A stretch of 64,000 nucleotides of DNA, from NCBI GenBank assembly GCA_043228905.1, contig JBHGNT010000015.1, forward strand, positions 186,001 to 250,000. Reading direction: 5' to 3'. The DNA is from Azolla caroliniana (Eukaryota; Plantae; Polypodiophyta). Each line of letters starts with the position of its first letter. Within the stretch, counting starts at the first letter, position 1. Below, in pieces: positions 32,927 to 45,273 of this stretch. A program made the translations under genes and the position numbers. Under the pieces are notes generated by a model. That model was not told the DNA's origin. It saw only the letters and a list, made by a program, of their open reading frames with translations, and made no database searches.

Positions 32927-35900
32927 ATGACTAGATCAACGCACGACCTGGTTACAGATCGAACTCGACGCCTTGCCGAAAGGCAAAGGAGACGTGAGGC
33001 TTTCCAGCAAGCGGCGCAGGAAATTAGAGTGGATCGCTCGTTTTCCAACGTAATCCGGAGAGTAGCGGAGGACTCCCTTTGGTTACAGCAAACATCGCAC
33101 CCGGACGACGGCAGCAGCCTAAGCAGGCTCCGGGAAACCGAATCCCTTCTCCAGGCATTGGCAAACGGAGAAGGCGAAGCAGAAGCCTTTTCAGCGTATG
33201 AATCAGACTCCAAAGGGGAATACAGTGTGCACACGAACTACCGTAGCAGCAACGAAACCCCGGGCGGACCGGAGGACGAAGGATCGGATACCTTACCGAC
33301 ACCGGAAACGGAAGTGCTAAGGATGGAACCTCCGGAACCAGGAGAGGAAGAGCGACCTCCGACACCGGAAGTCGAAGAGGAGAGGCCTCCGTCACCAAAA
33401 GAAGAGGAAAGACCACCGACGCCGGAAACAAATCAGGAAAGACCACCGACGCCGGAGAAAATCCCGGAACGAGCACCAACACTGCTAGCCCGCGCACCGA
33501 TACCGGACGACGACATGCCGTTCCAGTACTCCAAGTATAGAGATGATCCGGATGTGGAAGCTCATGTGCACGCCTTTGAACAGACATGGGAAGCCAACCA
33601 TGTGTCCCAACGATTGACCCCGGAAGAAGAGGAACGCTCTAAGATAGCGGAATTTGGCGTCACATTGGAGGGACCGGCAGCAAGATGGCGCCGAACGCAG
33701 GACCCGTCTACCATCACCACCTTTGCATATTTAAAAGCTAAATTCTTGCATTTTTTCCAAAAGGAGGTGGACCAGACCGTAATGGTGGGCTTATTTTATA
33801 CTATCCGACAGGAGGCAGGGGAGAGCATTCCCCAGTTTGTCATCCGGTTTCAACGGATGCATAGTCAGCTTGCCCGCGCACCTCCGGAGGAGGAATTACG
33901 GACTATATTCCTAAATGCGCTCCGGGAACCCCTACGCACGGTTTGCACGGTAATTGACTTCCGCACAAGTACCATCGACCAGGTCATTGACCGGGTGAGA
34001 GAGATGGAAAAGACAAGCTCCTGGCTCACACTGGGAGCACTCCAACATGCGTTACCGTCCGATGAAGACCTCCGGTTTCGGCAAGCAATACAGTGCACAA
34101 ACTGCTTGAATTCCGGACACTCGGCTCTAGAATGCACTATGAGGACGCAATGTGTAATCTGTCAATCCAAGGGCCATACGACGGATAGGTGCGAGTATAA
34201 TCTATTGAACCAACAAGCACCGCCCGTCCGACAAATAGAGCCACGCAGCAGCCAGGATGAAGAAGAGGAACGTTGGCGGCGAATGGACCGCGACCGACCG
34301 GCACAGGATGTCCGGTACGGTGATCGGCGGGATAACTATGACCGGCATGATAGATATCATCGGTACCGGGATTACAATAGACGATACGAACATTACAACC
34401 GAGAGCACTCCCGCAGGTATCGTCAGCAACGGGAGGAATACGGCAGATATAACGAGCAACCTCGTCAAGAGTACCGCAATAAGAAGAGCTATAACAAAAA
34501 ACGGCATTTCAAAAAAGGCGGCTACCCACGGGATTCGGAACAAGGAGCTTCAAGCAGCCAATCGGCCCAAAACCCCGCGCTTACCACAGGACCGGCCTTG
34601 GGTACAACAGACAATGCCGAATCCAGCAATACCCGGAAAGCCTACTGCTTCTACTGCCGACAGGAAGGCCATTATAGTAATCAATGCTCGGTGAAGAGCT
34701 ATGAAAAACGACCGGCAGTAAATATGGTAGTCCCTGAGGTGGCAGATCTGCAGCAGGTGACCACAAGGTCGAAGGGCATGGCTAAGGAATGGGAGACGCA
34801 GGAGACCATCCGGAAGCAAGGGACGGAATGGGTGAAGAAAGCAAACGAGCAGAATGTCACAAACTTACAGCGGCAAAAGGAGAACACCGTAGGGCTTGCC
34901 GGCGGCAGTCACTCCGAGAACGAGACATGGCAGGCGTTGCAAGAATTCCAGATTATGCTGCCACTAGGAAGACTCCTACAACTCGTGCCAAGATTCACGG
35001 AAGGACTGAAGACGACCATGACAACAGGAGAATCATCACCGACACCGGTACTCTTCTCGAATCTGGAGGAGGGACCAACGGTGGTCGACACCAACAGTCC
35101 GGTAATCATTGCCATTGTAAAAGGGAAAGAACTCCCCGGCACAGTTATAGATGGAGGCTCCGGGGTGAATGTAATAAGCCTTCGGACGTGTGATGCCCTA
35201 GGAATCCACGAGTGGGAGCCGTGTCCGTTCTGGTTACGGATGGCCGATACAAGCTCAGTGCGGCCGACAGGATTAATACGGAAATTAGAAGTCAGCGTGG
35301 GCGGTCATACATTTCACATCTCGGCAGTAGTGCTACAATTACAGGCACAAGGCGCATACCCGCTATTGCTAGGGCGGCCATGGTTGAAAACGACACATAT
35401 CAAACAGAATTGGAGGAAAAATATAATTACCTTCCGGCGAGGAAAAGCTAAGGTACGGGTACCAACACAACCAAGGACGAGCATTGGCAAGGAATGTACA
35501 CCGTTGTATGCAGAGTGCGTCAACATGCTAGAAGGGTTAGTTGACGAAGAAGAAGCTCAGTACTTGCAGGAAAACCCGAAGATCATACCCCTCTTCGAAA
35601 TTGACATTGCCGAAGCAGTAGCACCATACTTACCACAACCGGAAGAGGCTGAAGCAGAACCGGATAAAGACGCAATCCGGGAGTTACGGCAAGCGCAAGA
35701 AGCGTTGGAACGGGAAATGGCCGTTTCACAACGCGTAAAAGCGTCGCAACTAGAAGAGGTGAACTTAGGGACCACGGACGAAGCAAAACCGGTGCACATC
35801 GCCAAGGAGATGAAGTCCGAAGACAAAACGGCGATGATCACACTTCTCACGGAATTTCGCGATGTGTTCGCCTGGTCATACGAAGACATGCGAGGACTCG

Positions 35901-38692
35901 ACCCTCAGTTATACCAGTATCAAGTTCACTTGAGCAAGGACGCAAAACCAGTGGCACAAAGACGGTACCGGATGAATCCCAATTATGCCGCCAAAGTCAA
36001 GGAGGAAATCGACAAACTGCTAAGAGTTGGCTTTATCCGTCCGGTAAAGAAAGCGACATGGCTGAGCCCGATCGTAGTCGTACCGAAGAAGAACGGAAAA
36101 ATTCGAGTTTGTGTGGACTACTGGAAACTCAATGCAGCTACGGTAACAGATGCATTTCCACTTCCGTTCACAGATGGAGTGTTGGATGTCGTCGCCGGCC
36201 ATGAGGTCTATAGCTTCCTAGACGGATTCAGCGGGTGTAATCAGATCCGGATGCACCCCAACGACCAAGAGAAAATGGCTTTCGTCACCGAATGGGGGGT
36301 GTTTGTGGCCGTGGTGATCATGTTCGAACTCAAAACGGCACCGACAACATTTCAACGAATCATCATGGAAATCTTTGGTGAATATATTCCGGCTTTTATG
36401 CAGGTTTTCCTTGACGATTTCGCCGTTTATAGTCGGGAGGAGGACCATTTTCAGCACCTCCGTCTTTGTCTAGAAAAGTGTAGAGCGTACCGGCTAAGCT
36501 TGAATCCGGCAAAGTGTGTATTTGGCGTGTCCAGTGCAACTTTATTAGGACATATTGTGAGCCAGGAAGGTATTGCAGTCGACCCGGACAAAGTGAAAGC
36601 CATATTAGAAGCACCGGCGCCGGCAACGGCAAAGGCATTAAGCCGGTTATTAGGCCAGATCCGGTGGCACAGCCGGATGCTCCGATACTTGGCCGACCTG
36701 GCTACACCGTTGCATGCCGTCGTACATCGGACACCATTCCAGTGGACCGACACCGAGGATAGGGTGTATAGGGCCCTCAAGGTACTATTGTCGCAAGCAC
36801 CGGTAGTGTAGCCTCCGGATTGGAGTAAAGAATTTCATGTGTTCGTGGACGCCTCCGACATCGCAATCGGAAGCGTACTGATGCAGCTTACGGAGCCAAA
36901 GTGGTGCCGGCGAGTGTACTATGCCAACCGAAAGTTATCCCAAGCAGAACGGAACTACTCTACCACGGAACGAGAAGCTCTAGGGATGATCTACAGTGTG
37001 ACAAAGTTTCAGCATTATTTATTGGGAAGGAAGTTTTCCTTCCATGTAGATCATTCGGCACTCCTTTACCTGGTGTCCAAAGCGTCACTCACCGGTAAAT
37101 TGGCTCGGTGGACCTTACTGTTGCAGGAATTCGAGTTTGAAATATTCCACCGACCCAGTATACAGCATGTTGTGGCGGATTACTTAAGCCGATTAGAGTC
37201 TGGAGAGACGGGTGACAGAGTAGCGGATGAGTTTCCGGATGCGGAGCTGTTTTGAGTCACTACGGAAACGACATCAGATGAGACGGTGGCACAGGAAGAC
37301 AAGTGGCTCACAAACATGCACCAGTTTCTGAGCACAGGACTGCCTCCGGAAGAGATGAACCGGGACGAACGGAAACGCCTGGCGGTGCAAAGCCGACATT
37401 TCTGCTTACTGCAAGACACACTTTACCACAAGGGCGCGAACGACATATGGAGACGGGTTGTGCGCAGCGATGAAAAGGACCTGATACTGAGGGAAGCCCA
37501 CTGCGGAGTTGCCGGAGGTCACTATGCCGGAGATGCGACGGCCAGGAAAATATGGCAAAGTGGGCTATGGTGGCCAATGACATTAAGAGATGCGGTACGG
37601 TACGCAAAAGAATGTGACCTATGCCAGCGAATGGGCCAGCAAACGGAGCAGGCTCGTATGCCACACCAGCCAGTACTACCACTCGAGCCATTCCAGAAGT
37701 GGGGGCTAGACTTTGTTGGACCGTTCAAACCACCGGCAATGAGAACGGGTAATCGGTATGTCATCGTCGCGACGGATTACTGCACGAAATGGGTGGAGGC
37801 CAAAGCCTTAAGAGACAACACCGCTGCGTCAACGGTGAAATTTCTATACGAGTACATCTGGTGCCGTTACGAATGCCCAATCGAATTAATAAGCGACCAA
37901 GGGGGGCACTTTCTCGGCCAAGTAGTTGAAAGCCTGACGACATTCTATGCCGTTGTCCATAAATAGAGCACACCATACTATCCGCAAGCAAACGGGTTAG
38001 CGGAATCGACGAACAAAACGCTCCAAAAGATCCTCTGGAAGATCGTCAACGAAAACCAAACGGATTGGGATACCAAGCTACATAGCGCGCTTTGGGCATA
38101 CCGGACGACATACAAAAAGAGCATCCGAACAACACCGTTCCGGTTAGCGTTCAGACTAGAGGCGGTAATGCCGGTGGAATTCCAAGTACCCAGCTTACGG
38201 ATCCAGCTACGGGAACGGCTGAACGAGAAGGAGTCGGAGGCAATACGATTAACAACGCTGTGTGAACTCGAGGAACAACGACTGGCAAGCATCCTGCACT
38301 TAGAATTGGAACAACGACGACGGAAAGCATTTGTCGACCGACACAAGAAAGGAAATGAAAAAATGTTCGCAATCGGCAAGCCGGTGTTAGTATTTCAGAC
38401 ACGGATGGGCAAGATGCCGGGTAAACTACGGTTTAGATGGACTGGCCCGTATTGGCTGACACGTGAGTATAATGGGTCCTACCAGTTAGGGACACTTGCC
38501 GGCGAAGTGCTAGGCAAATGGGTCAACGGATTCCGATTGAAGGCATATAGAGGACCGATGCCTAAGAACCCATTTGAGCAAAGGACCGACACCGATGAGG
38601 GAAACGGCAACCACCAAGACAGCAAAGACGGTGAGCTGGTAACTGGGGAGAATGAGGCTAGTAAGGGTCCGATAGGACCAACAGACAAGTAA
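32927..38692 (+). pseudogene. Gypsy-B single-frame Gag-Pol (about 1920 codons) with three premature stops
   Basis: ORFs 32927-36811, 36839-37255, 37286-37966 and 38168-38692 all share one frame and carry the same domains as Gypsy-A. Confidence 0.93.
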
Positions 38693-39065
38693 CGTCACAC
38701 TAACAGTAAAAGAAAAGAGAAAAAAAAGAGCGAGGAATCATGCAAAAGCGAGGAATGAATGGACGAAAGAGCGAGGAGCGAAAAGGTACGTAGTGGGCAT
38801 TTAAAGTGCCACCACAGGACATAATGCTATTTTAGTACACGACGTGCACACACTCGAAAAAGGCGCCAGAATGCACAGAGAAAAACCATTGCGCGTGGAG
38901 ACCCTTTACTTTCGCGAACCCAAGAGCACAGAAGCACCAAGGCGCTGCAAGATCATCAGACGAGAACCTACGCACAGAGAACCCCCGCCTTCTGAACTCT
39001 CTCTCTCTCAATCTCACTCTCATCACCATCCAACCTCGCCACCGCAATCCGACCTCGACACAGAC

Positions 39066-41855
39066 ATGGACCCGCAAACGCTGTCGGAAGCCGCCAAGAC
39101 ATGGCTAAAGCAACACGGGCTCGAGGGCTTCTTGATGATGATGGAAGTACCGCCACACAAAGAAGCCGACAAGGTGATCAAAGAAATCGACACAGAGGTC
39201 ATAACGGCGGAGGCGATTCGAGCGTTAACAGGCCTTCCGGAGGGAGGCATACTCACGATTGACAATTCGACCTCAGAGCAACTCATCAGGTATTTTGGTG
39301 AGTACTCCCTAGCCAGCAAGGGCTACCGGACACAGGGCGGCGGAGATATGTTGTTCCGCGAGATTGCTCGTGTGCTCCACGAATACGGCCATGTGTACCC
39401 TAGACCCCCGATCATGCCGCAGAACTGGGCAGGGATGATCATCGCCACCTATGAAGGGATCAAGGTGGATTGGCCGGTATTGATCACAGACGGGTTGTGT
39501 GCGGCGATCGAGATCGTCAGAGGCAAAGACGACAAAGAAGGCCGAGACGGACGGAGGATATGGCACGCCGTAACGCAGTGGCTCACCTTGCTTGTGCCAC
39601 CCGTCCAGCCCGTCCAGCCCAAGAAGCGAGGAAGAGTGGCGGACGGCACCCCAAAGACGGCTTCCAAAAGACAATAGTTGTTGGCCTCTAAGGCCACTAA
39701 GGGGAAGGCGGCGGACGCAGAACAGGCGGGAAAGGAGAGCGCCAGCCGAAAACGGCTAATGGATGCGCAGGAGGAACCACCGGCACGACCCGTAAAGGTT
39801 ACACTCCGCCGACCGGTGAATAGAGAAGCGGACCCCTTGGCGGCAAAACTCAATGCCAGGACTCATGAAGAGGAAATAGAGGAGGAGCCTACGAAGCACC
39901 TCCAGCGACGATCGTCAGCAAGGACCGTTGAGGCAGCCGGGAAACGTTCGAACCCTCAGACGGAGGGAACACCGGCTCCCCATACTGAGACTCCCACGCC
40001 AAGGGAAGAACCGGAACTGGTGCGCATGGTACCGGAATCAGAAGCCCCGGCAACACCGGCAACACCGGCAAGTCCCATCCCGCCAAAGCCGGAAAGGTCA
40101 ATGCAGCCTCCCTCGGCCAACCAAGAAGAAGCGCAAGGGGAACCAGGACAGTAGGGTGATCTACGGGCAGAAACAGAATTGCAACTCGGCGCAATCAAGC
40201 GGGACCACCCATCTACAAGCGAGCCCATCCGTCAAACCTCCGGGCAAACGCAACAACAAGGCACTGGTAGCCTGTGGCTCCGGTGGATAGGCGAATAGAT
40301 TGTCGGAGCAGTGGGGTATATTGAGGAGGAAGAAAGAGCACAAAGCGAACGGTTGTTCGTCACAACCGAACAACTAGAGACGGCCCGGTCCAGAACCCGG
40401 TGCCTTGAAAGAGACTTGGATCAGGTCACGACAGAGATGGCCAAAATGGCCTTAACGGTAACACAGATCCAATCACCGGTGACTCCGGTAAGTGTACAGA
40501 ATAAAGAAACAGATCGACCTGTACATACCAATAAGACCCCGGCAACAGAAACCGTTCCGGCGAGAGATGCGGCGCAAGCCCAGGAGCTTGCGGAATTGAG
40601 AGATGAACTTGCCGCACAAGAAGCGCTAAGGAGCCGTGAATGGGAATTGAAGACAGCGGCCGAAGCCGAATTAAAGAAGACTGCTGAGAACCTCTGCCGG
40701 GCAGAGGAGAGCCTCCGGAAAGGCCATCAAGCGTACGACCGACTAAGGGAGGAAAAAGACAAAGTGCTGCAGGAAAAGGACAAGCTGCGGAAGATGGCGG
40801 AAACGGAAATTGAACGGCTAAAGGAAGAGCTCCGCCAGCAAAAGGACCGCGAGGACCGGGCCCGTCGACAGATCAACGCACGGCTCAAGCAAAAGACAGA
40901 TGATTTTGAGCACCTGCACCGGGACTACAAATGACTGGAAACGGAGCATAAGGAACGGATGTCCGAGCTCCAGGAGGAAGTTGATCGGGCCGCGACGGCG
41001 ATCGCCAACGAACGTGCGGAAAATACAAGACGGTTGGACGAGGCAGAGAAGGTCCGGATGGAGCTCCAGAGGCAGCAGCAGGAAGAAAAGGAGAGAGCGT
41101 CAACGGTATTGCAGAAATTACAAAGCACATATCAAAGGCAATTGACGCATTACAAGGAGTAGGCGGAAGACGACGTCAAAATCATCAAGCAATTGAAGGA
41201 GGAATGGCAAGAGGCGGAAATCAAATCGCAATTGGGAACGGGCCGGATTTAGTGCAACCTCCGGGCATGGCTGAATCAGACAAAACGCTTGATTGACGAA
41301 AGCTCCGTAAGATGGTGGACAAAGTGGGCACAAAACGCGGCGGAACTCCAATTGCTACGGGCAGATGTGGCAAACAGGCGGAAGGAAGGAGATGATTGTT
41401 ATACGTTGACTTCTGAGGACTTCACCGCCATACGGGACGAGTTGGCCGACGACTTCCAAGTCCTGGCGGATGAACAGTTGGCGTAGGTCCAGCAACTCGT
41501 AGCTCAGCAAGACGATGATAGGCTGGACACTCAAATCCAGTTTGAAAGCTACGAGCGGTCCCGGGTTCGGGAAGAAAAAGCACAGGAAGCGGCAACGGTT
41601 AACCTTAGAGATGAGCAACCGTCGCCGGCCGAGGGCCAGCCCGGAACCAGTCAACCGGAGACCACTACGACGGAGGGAGCAATGACGGAGACGCCGGTAT
41701 CAGAGTAACAAACAGAGGAGTAGCCGCAGCAGCCACCAACGGACCCGTCGCAGCAGACATCAACAGAGCAGCAACAACAACAACAACAACCAATTCCAGA
41801 TGAACCATTGGAGACTCTCGAACAAAGCATTCTGGATATTCTGGATGAAGAATAG
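39066..41855 (+). pseudogene. Gypsy-B extra 3' ORF with multiple stops
   Basis: YFGEYSLASKGYRTQGGGDMLFREIAR and ATYEGIKVDW align to the Gypsy-A extra ORF. Coiled-coil segments follow, ending in LEQSILDILDEE*. Confidence 0.88.
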
Positions 41856-41865
41856 CAAGGGTTGG

Positions 41866-41907
41866 TTGTGGATTCGACGTACAAGGTACTGTCCCACGGG
41901 CGTGCCA
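41866..41907 (+). other. tRNA-3'-end-like element (antisense PBS) at the PPT position of Gypsy-B
   Basis: TTGTGGATTCGA-cgtacaaggtact-GTCCCACGGGCGTGCCA, then TG, then the LTR. Confidence 0.8.
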
Positions 41908-42347
41908 TGTGTTACCGGCCGGTAAAGGAGTCCAGAGTGTGAAACGAGGAGTTATTTAATTAGTAGGAATGGTTGTAAGTAAGCTATGAGTGTGGACGGA
42001 CGGATCGGAATCGGTATGCCGTTCCGGATCCAGACCGATCCCGGACAGGTGCGGATGGCACCGTTTTGTAATACAGACCGGAAACCTATTTAAAGGCCCA
42101 GATACAATGTAATGAACAACGGTTAATTAATAAAGCTTAGTGTTGTTATCTCTCTGTGTTAATTGTTGTTCTGCATTCATTGTTATATCTTACGCGTGTG
42201 ATTATTAAAGACAATCATGCTAAGTAACCTAATTAAGTCGGATTAATCGTTGAGTCTAATCCTGTTGCCATAACACCCCTTTGGTGAAGTGTCTTCCGTG
42301 GACACCCTGTGTTAGGCCATTGTCCGGACCTAAGAGTTAACAATACT

Positions 42348-43332
42348 CCTCCTGTACGTGGACGACATGTTGATCGTCGAACGGGACCAAGCCAAAATAC
42401 GGATGCTGAAGAAGGCTCTCAACCAAACCTTTGCGATGAAAGACTTGGGTCCGGCAAGACAAATGTTGGGGATGCATATCATCCGGAACCGGCCAACGAA
42501 GCAATTGTGGCTGTCACAGGAGAAGTACGTGACAAAGGTGCTTCAACGGTTCAACATGTTAGAAGCGAAACCGGTCGGATCGATGCTCCCGGAAAACTGT
42601 AGATTATTCGGTAAGCAAAGCCCGAAGACGAAAGCAGAGAGGGCTGATATGATGAAGGTTCCATATGCCTCTGCCGTCGGGAGCTTAATGTACGCAATGG
42701 TGTGTACCCGACCGGATATAGGATATGCAGTCGGAGTGGTGAGCCGGTTTATGAGCAATCCCGACAAGGAGCACTGGAACGCAGTCAAATGGATACTCTG
42801 GTACTTGAAGGGCACTTCAAATATGTGTCTCCAATTCGGCTCCGGAAAACCTCAACTAGACGGTTTTACCGATTCAGACATGTCGGCTGATGTGGATACC
42901 AGTCGGTCTACATCCGGGTATGTAATGACATATGCAGAGGGAGTTGTTTCGTCGCAGTCGAGGTTGTAGAAGACGGTTGCGTTGTCAACCACGGAAGCGG
43001 AGTACATGGTGGCTGTGGAAGCCGGTAAGGAAATACTATGGATGAAGGATTTCATCGGAGAGCTCAGTATCTGGCAAGATGAATACCGGCTCTATTGCGA
43101 CAGTCAAAGTGTCATCCACCTTGCTAAGAATGCGGCCTACCATTCCCAGATGAAGCATACCCAGCGAAGGTATCACTGGATCCGGGAAAGAGTAGATGAC
43201 CAAGAGTTCGCGCTGACGAAGATCCACACGACCGCGAACGGGTCAGATATGCTGACCAAAGTATTGATACCCGACAAGTTGGATGCATGCCGGAAGCGGA
43301 TCAGACTAGTAAGACATCCCATGCCGGAGTGA
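42348..43332 (+). pseudogene. Copia-C RT (C-terminal part) and RNase H
   Basis: Motifs LLYVDDML, VPYASAVGSLMYAMVCTRPDI, FTDSDMSAD, STTEAEY; stop at 42967. Confidence 0.9.
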
Positions 43333-45273
43333 AGGGGGAGTTTGTTAGGAAACAGGCCCCTCCGGATGGGAAGTGAGAACTGGACGAGGCGTACCCGGCT
43401 ACGGAAGACCCGGTGAGAACCGGATGATGCAGGCCCGGTGAGGAGTGCTCACCGGATGAAGGGACATATTCGTGAATATGTTTCTGAGAGTCCTTTTGAG
43501 CTATATTTGTAAATAGCCGAAAAGTCATATTAGTATAAATATGACTTAGGGCAAACTTATGTTGTGAGTGTTGTCATTCTTGTTGGTGCAAGCTTAGAGC
43601 GCAACAGTGTACAGAGAGAGAGAGAGAGGGAAAGAGACGAAGAGGTCGTTGCCTCTGTTGTAATCGCCGCCTGTGGCGAAGATCATGAGCACGAGGTCGT
43701 TGCCTCCGTGAGCTCACTATTGTATATTGTTACATAGTGATAGTTAGCAGTCAGTGGATTGCCATGGTTTTTCCCGTGTTTGGGTTTTCCACATAAACAT
43801 CCTGTGTACTCTTCTCTCCATTTTGTCATGCATTCATTCCCCGTTTTTTGTGTGTTTGATCCTAAGCTCGGTTGTGGCCGAGCGTTGTTCATTGGGAGCG
43901 TGTATTCCTGTCAATATCGACCATCATGTATGATTCTTACGAGATAACATATAGACAATTGGGCCCTTCACAAGCATGATAATTAATGTCTTGGTTTGTA
44001 CATTTTCATTGGCCAAATCAATGAAACCGTGTTTAATGTTTATCTCCATCCTCATATATGTCTTTTTTCTAGCATTTCATGGATAACTTTTGGAACCATG
44101 TGCTTAAAGTTCTTTGCCAAATCATGTTGTTCCTCTTTAATGCCATTATTCTCTTATCTCTCTCTTCTTTTCTTAATCTATTTTTCCTCATTCTATAACG
44201 TTCTCGGTTAGAACCTTGACAAATTCATGATTGTGAAAAGTGACCACTTTATACCAAACAAGTAGGAGTGGATCTATGGCGAGATTCATTAACGGATACA
44301 ACGACACCATGAAAAATCTGTAGTGTTAGCACAATTAAAATTACAATTGAATCTAGCTTGAATACGAGGATAAAAACTCAAAATGTCCATTGAGGTAATG
44401 GCATGTTGGGATCCAAAAGAAGAGCAATGGTTTATTCCCATACCTAGGAGAAGGTTTCAAATTCTTAGAAATGACGGATCTTGATGGTAGCATTTGCAAG
44501 AAACATTCAATACATTTGCAACAATCAATCCATACTTTAGAAGAGATTGGATATGATAGGTCCTAAAGACCTTGACAAAGTTAAAACAATAGACATGTGC
44601 CATAAACTAGCAGGGGTGGGCGTGCATGAATGAATGGTAGAAGCGGGGAATGCCAAGGTTCAATAATTGGTAGCACATGGGTGTGCAATTAGAGTGATCG
44701 CATGGATATTCCTTTCAAGGGCCAAGTATTTATTTGGAGGGTTCCTTTCAAGGTGTGGGTGGATTTCCTTTAGGAGTTACGTAATGAAGATGGCAGTAGA
44801 GTATCATTCTTCGAACATGTTTTTTTTTTTTTTTTGCATTAGAGGGAAGAGGTCGACATAAAATTGATCAATTGTTCGATTGGTAAGATCGTTTTAGGAA
44901 ATTTAGATATGGGATTCAAGACTTCTTTAAGTGGAGAATCAAGAGTGCCGTTAGTCCGATTGGGTGGGACATATGCGAGAGAGTGCACGGTGAGTTAGGA
45001 ATGTCTTCGACCAGGCACGACACATCGCTTGCCCGTCACAACCGGCCGCCCATCCATTCATTGTTTGTACATACTGATTGGCGCGGACATACACACACAT
45101 ATATGTATTTTATTATGTTACATCAACATGTATCATGTATGTAAGTATAGTATATGAAGCGCAGTTCCTTCCTTCATTTTTGTAACTCTCTGTTGGAACA
45201 GAGGTGCCGCCGCCGCGTCTTTCCTACTACCGATTCCTTCTTCTCTTCTTTATGTACTTCGTCCCTGCCTGAC

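Larger units (their letters stand above)
32441..42342 (+). mobile_element. Gypsy-B, a full-length member of the same PPT-less Gypsy family, inserted in the Copia-C RT
   Basis: LTRs of 433 bp at 32441-32873 and 41910-42342, with roughly 14 differences by eye. TSD ATACT at 32436-32440 and 42343-42347. PBS TGGCAACCAC at 32881-32890. It splits host RT at DFLIL|LLYVDD. Confidence 0.96.
28844..43913 (+). mobile_element. Copia-C, a degenerate Tnt1/Tork-like Ty1/Copia element interrupted by Gypsy-B
   Basis: LTRs 28844-29356 and 43343-43913. TSD ATATC at 28839-28843 and 43914-43918. PBS TGGTATCAGAGC at 29360-29371 and PPT GAAGGGGGAG at 43331-43340. Confidence 0.95.
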
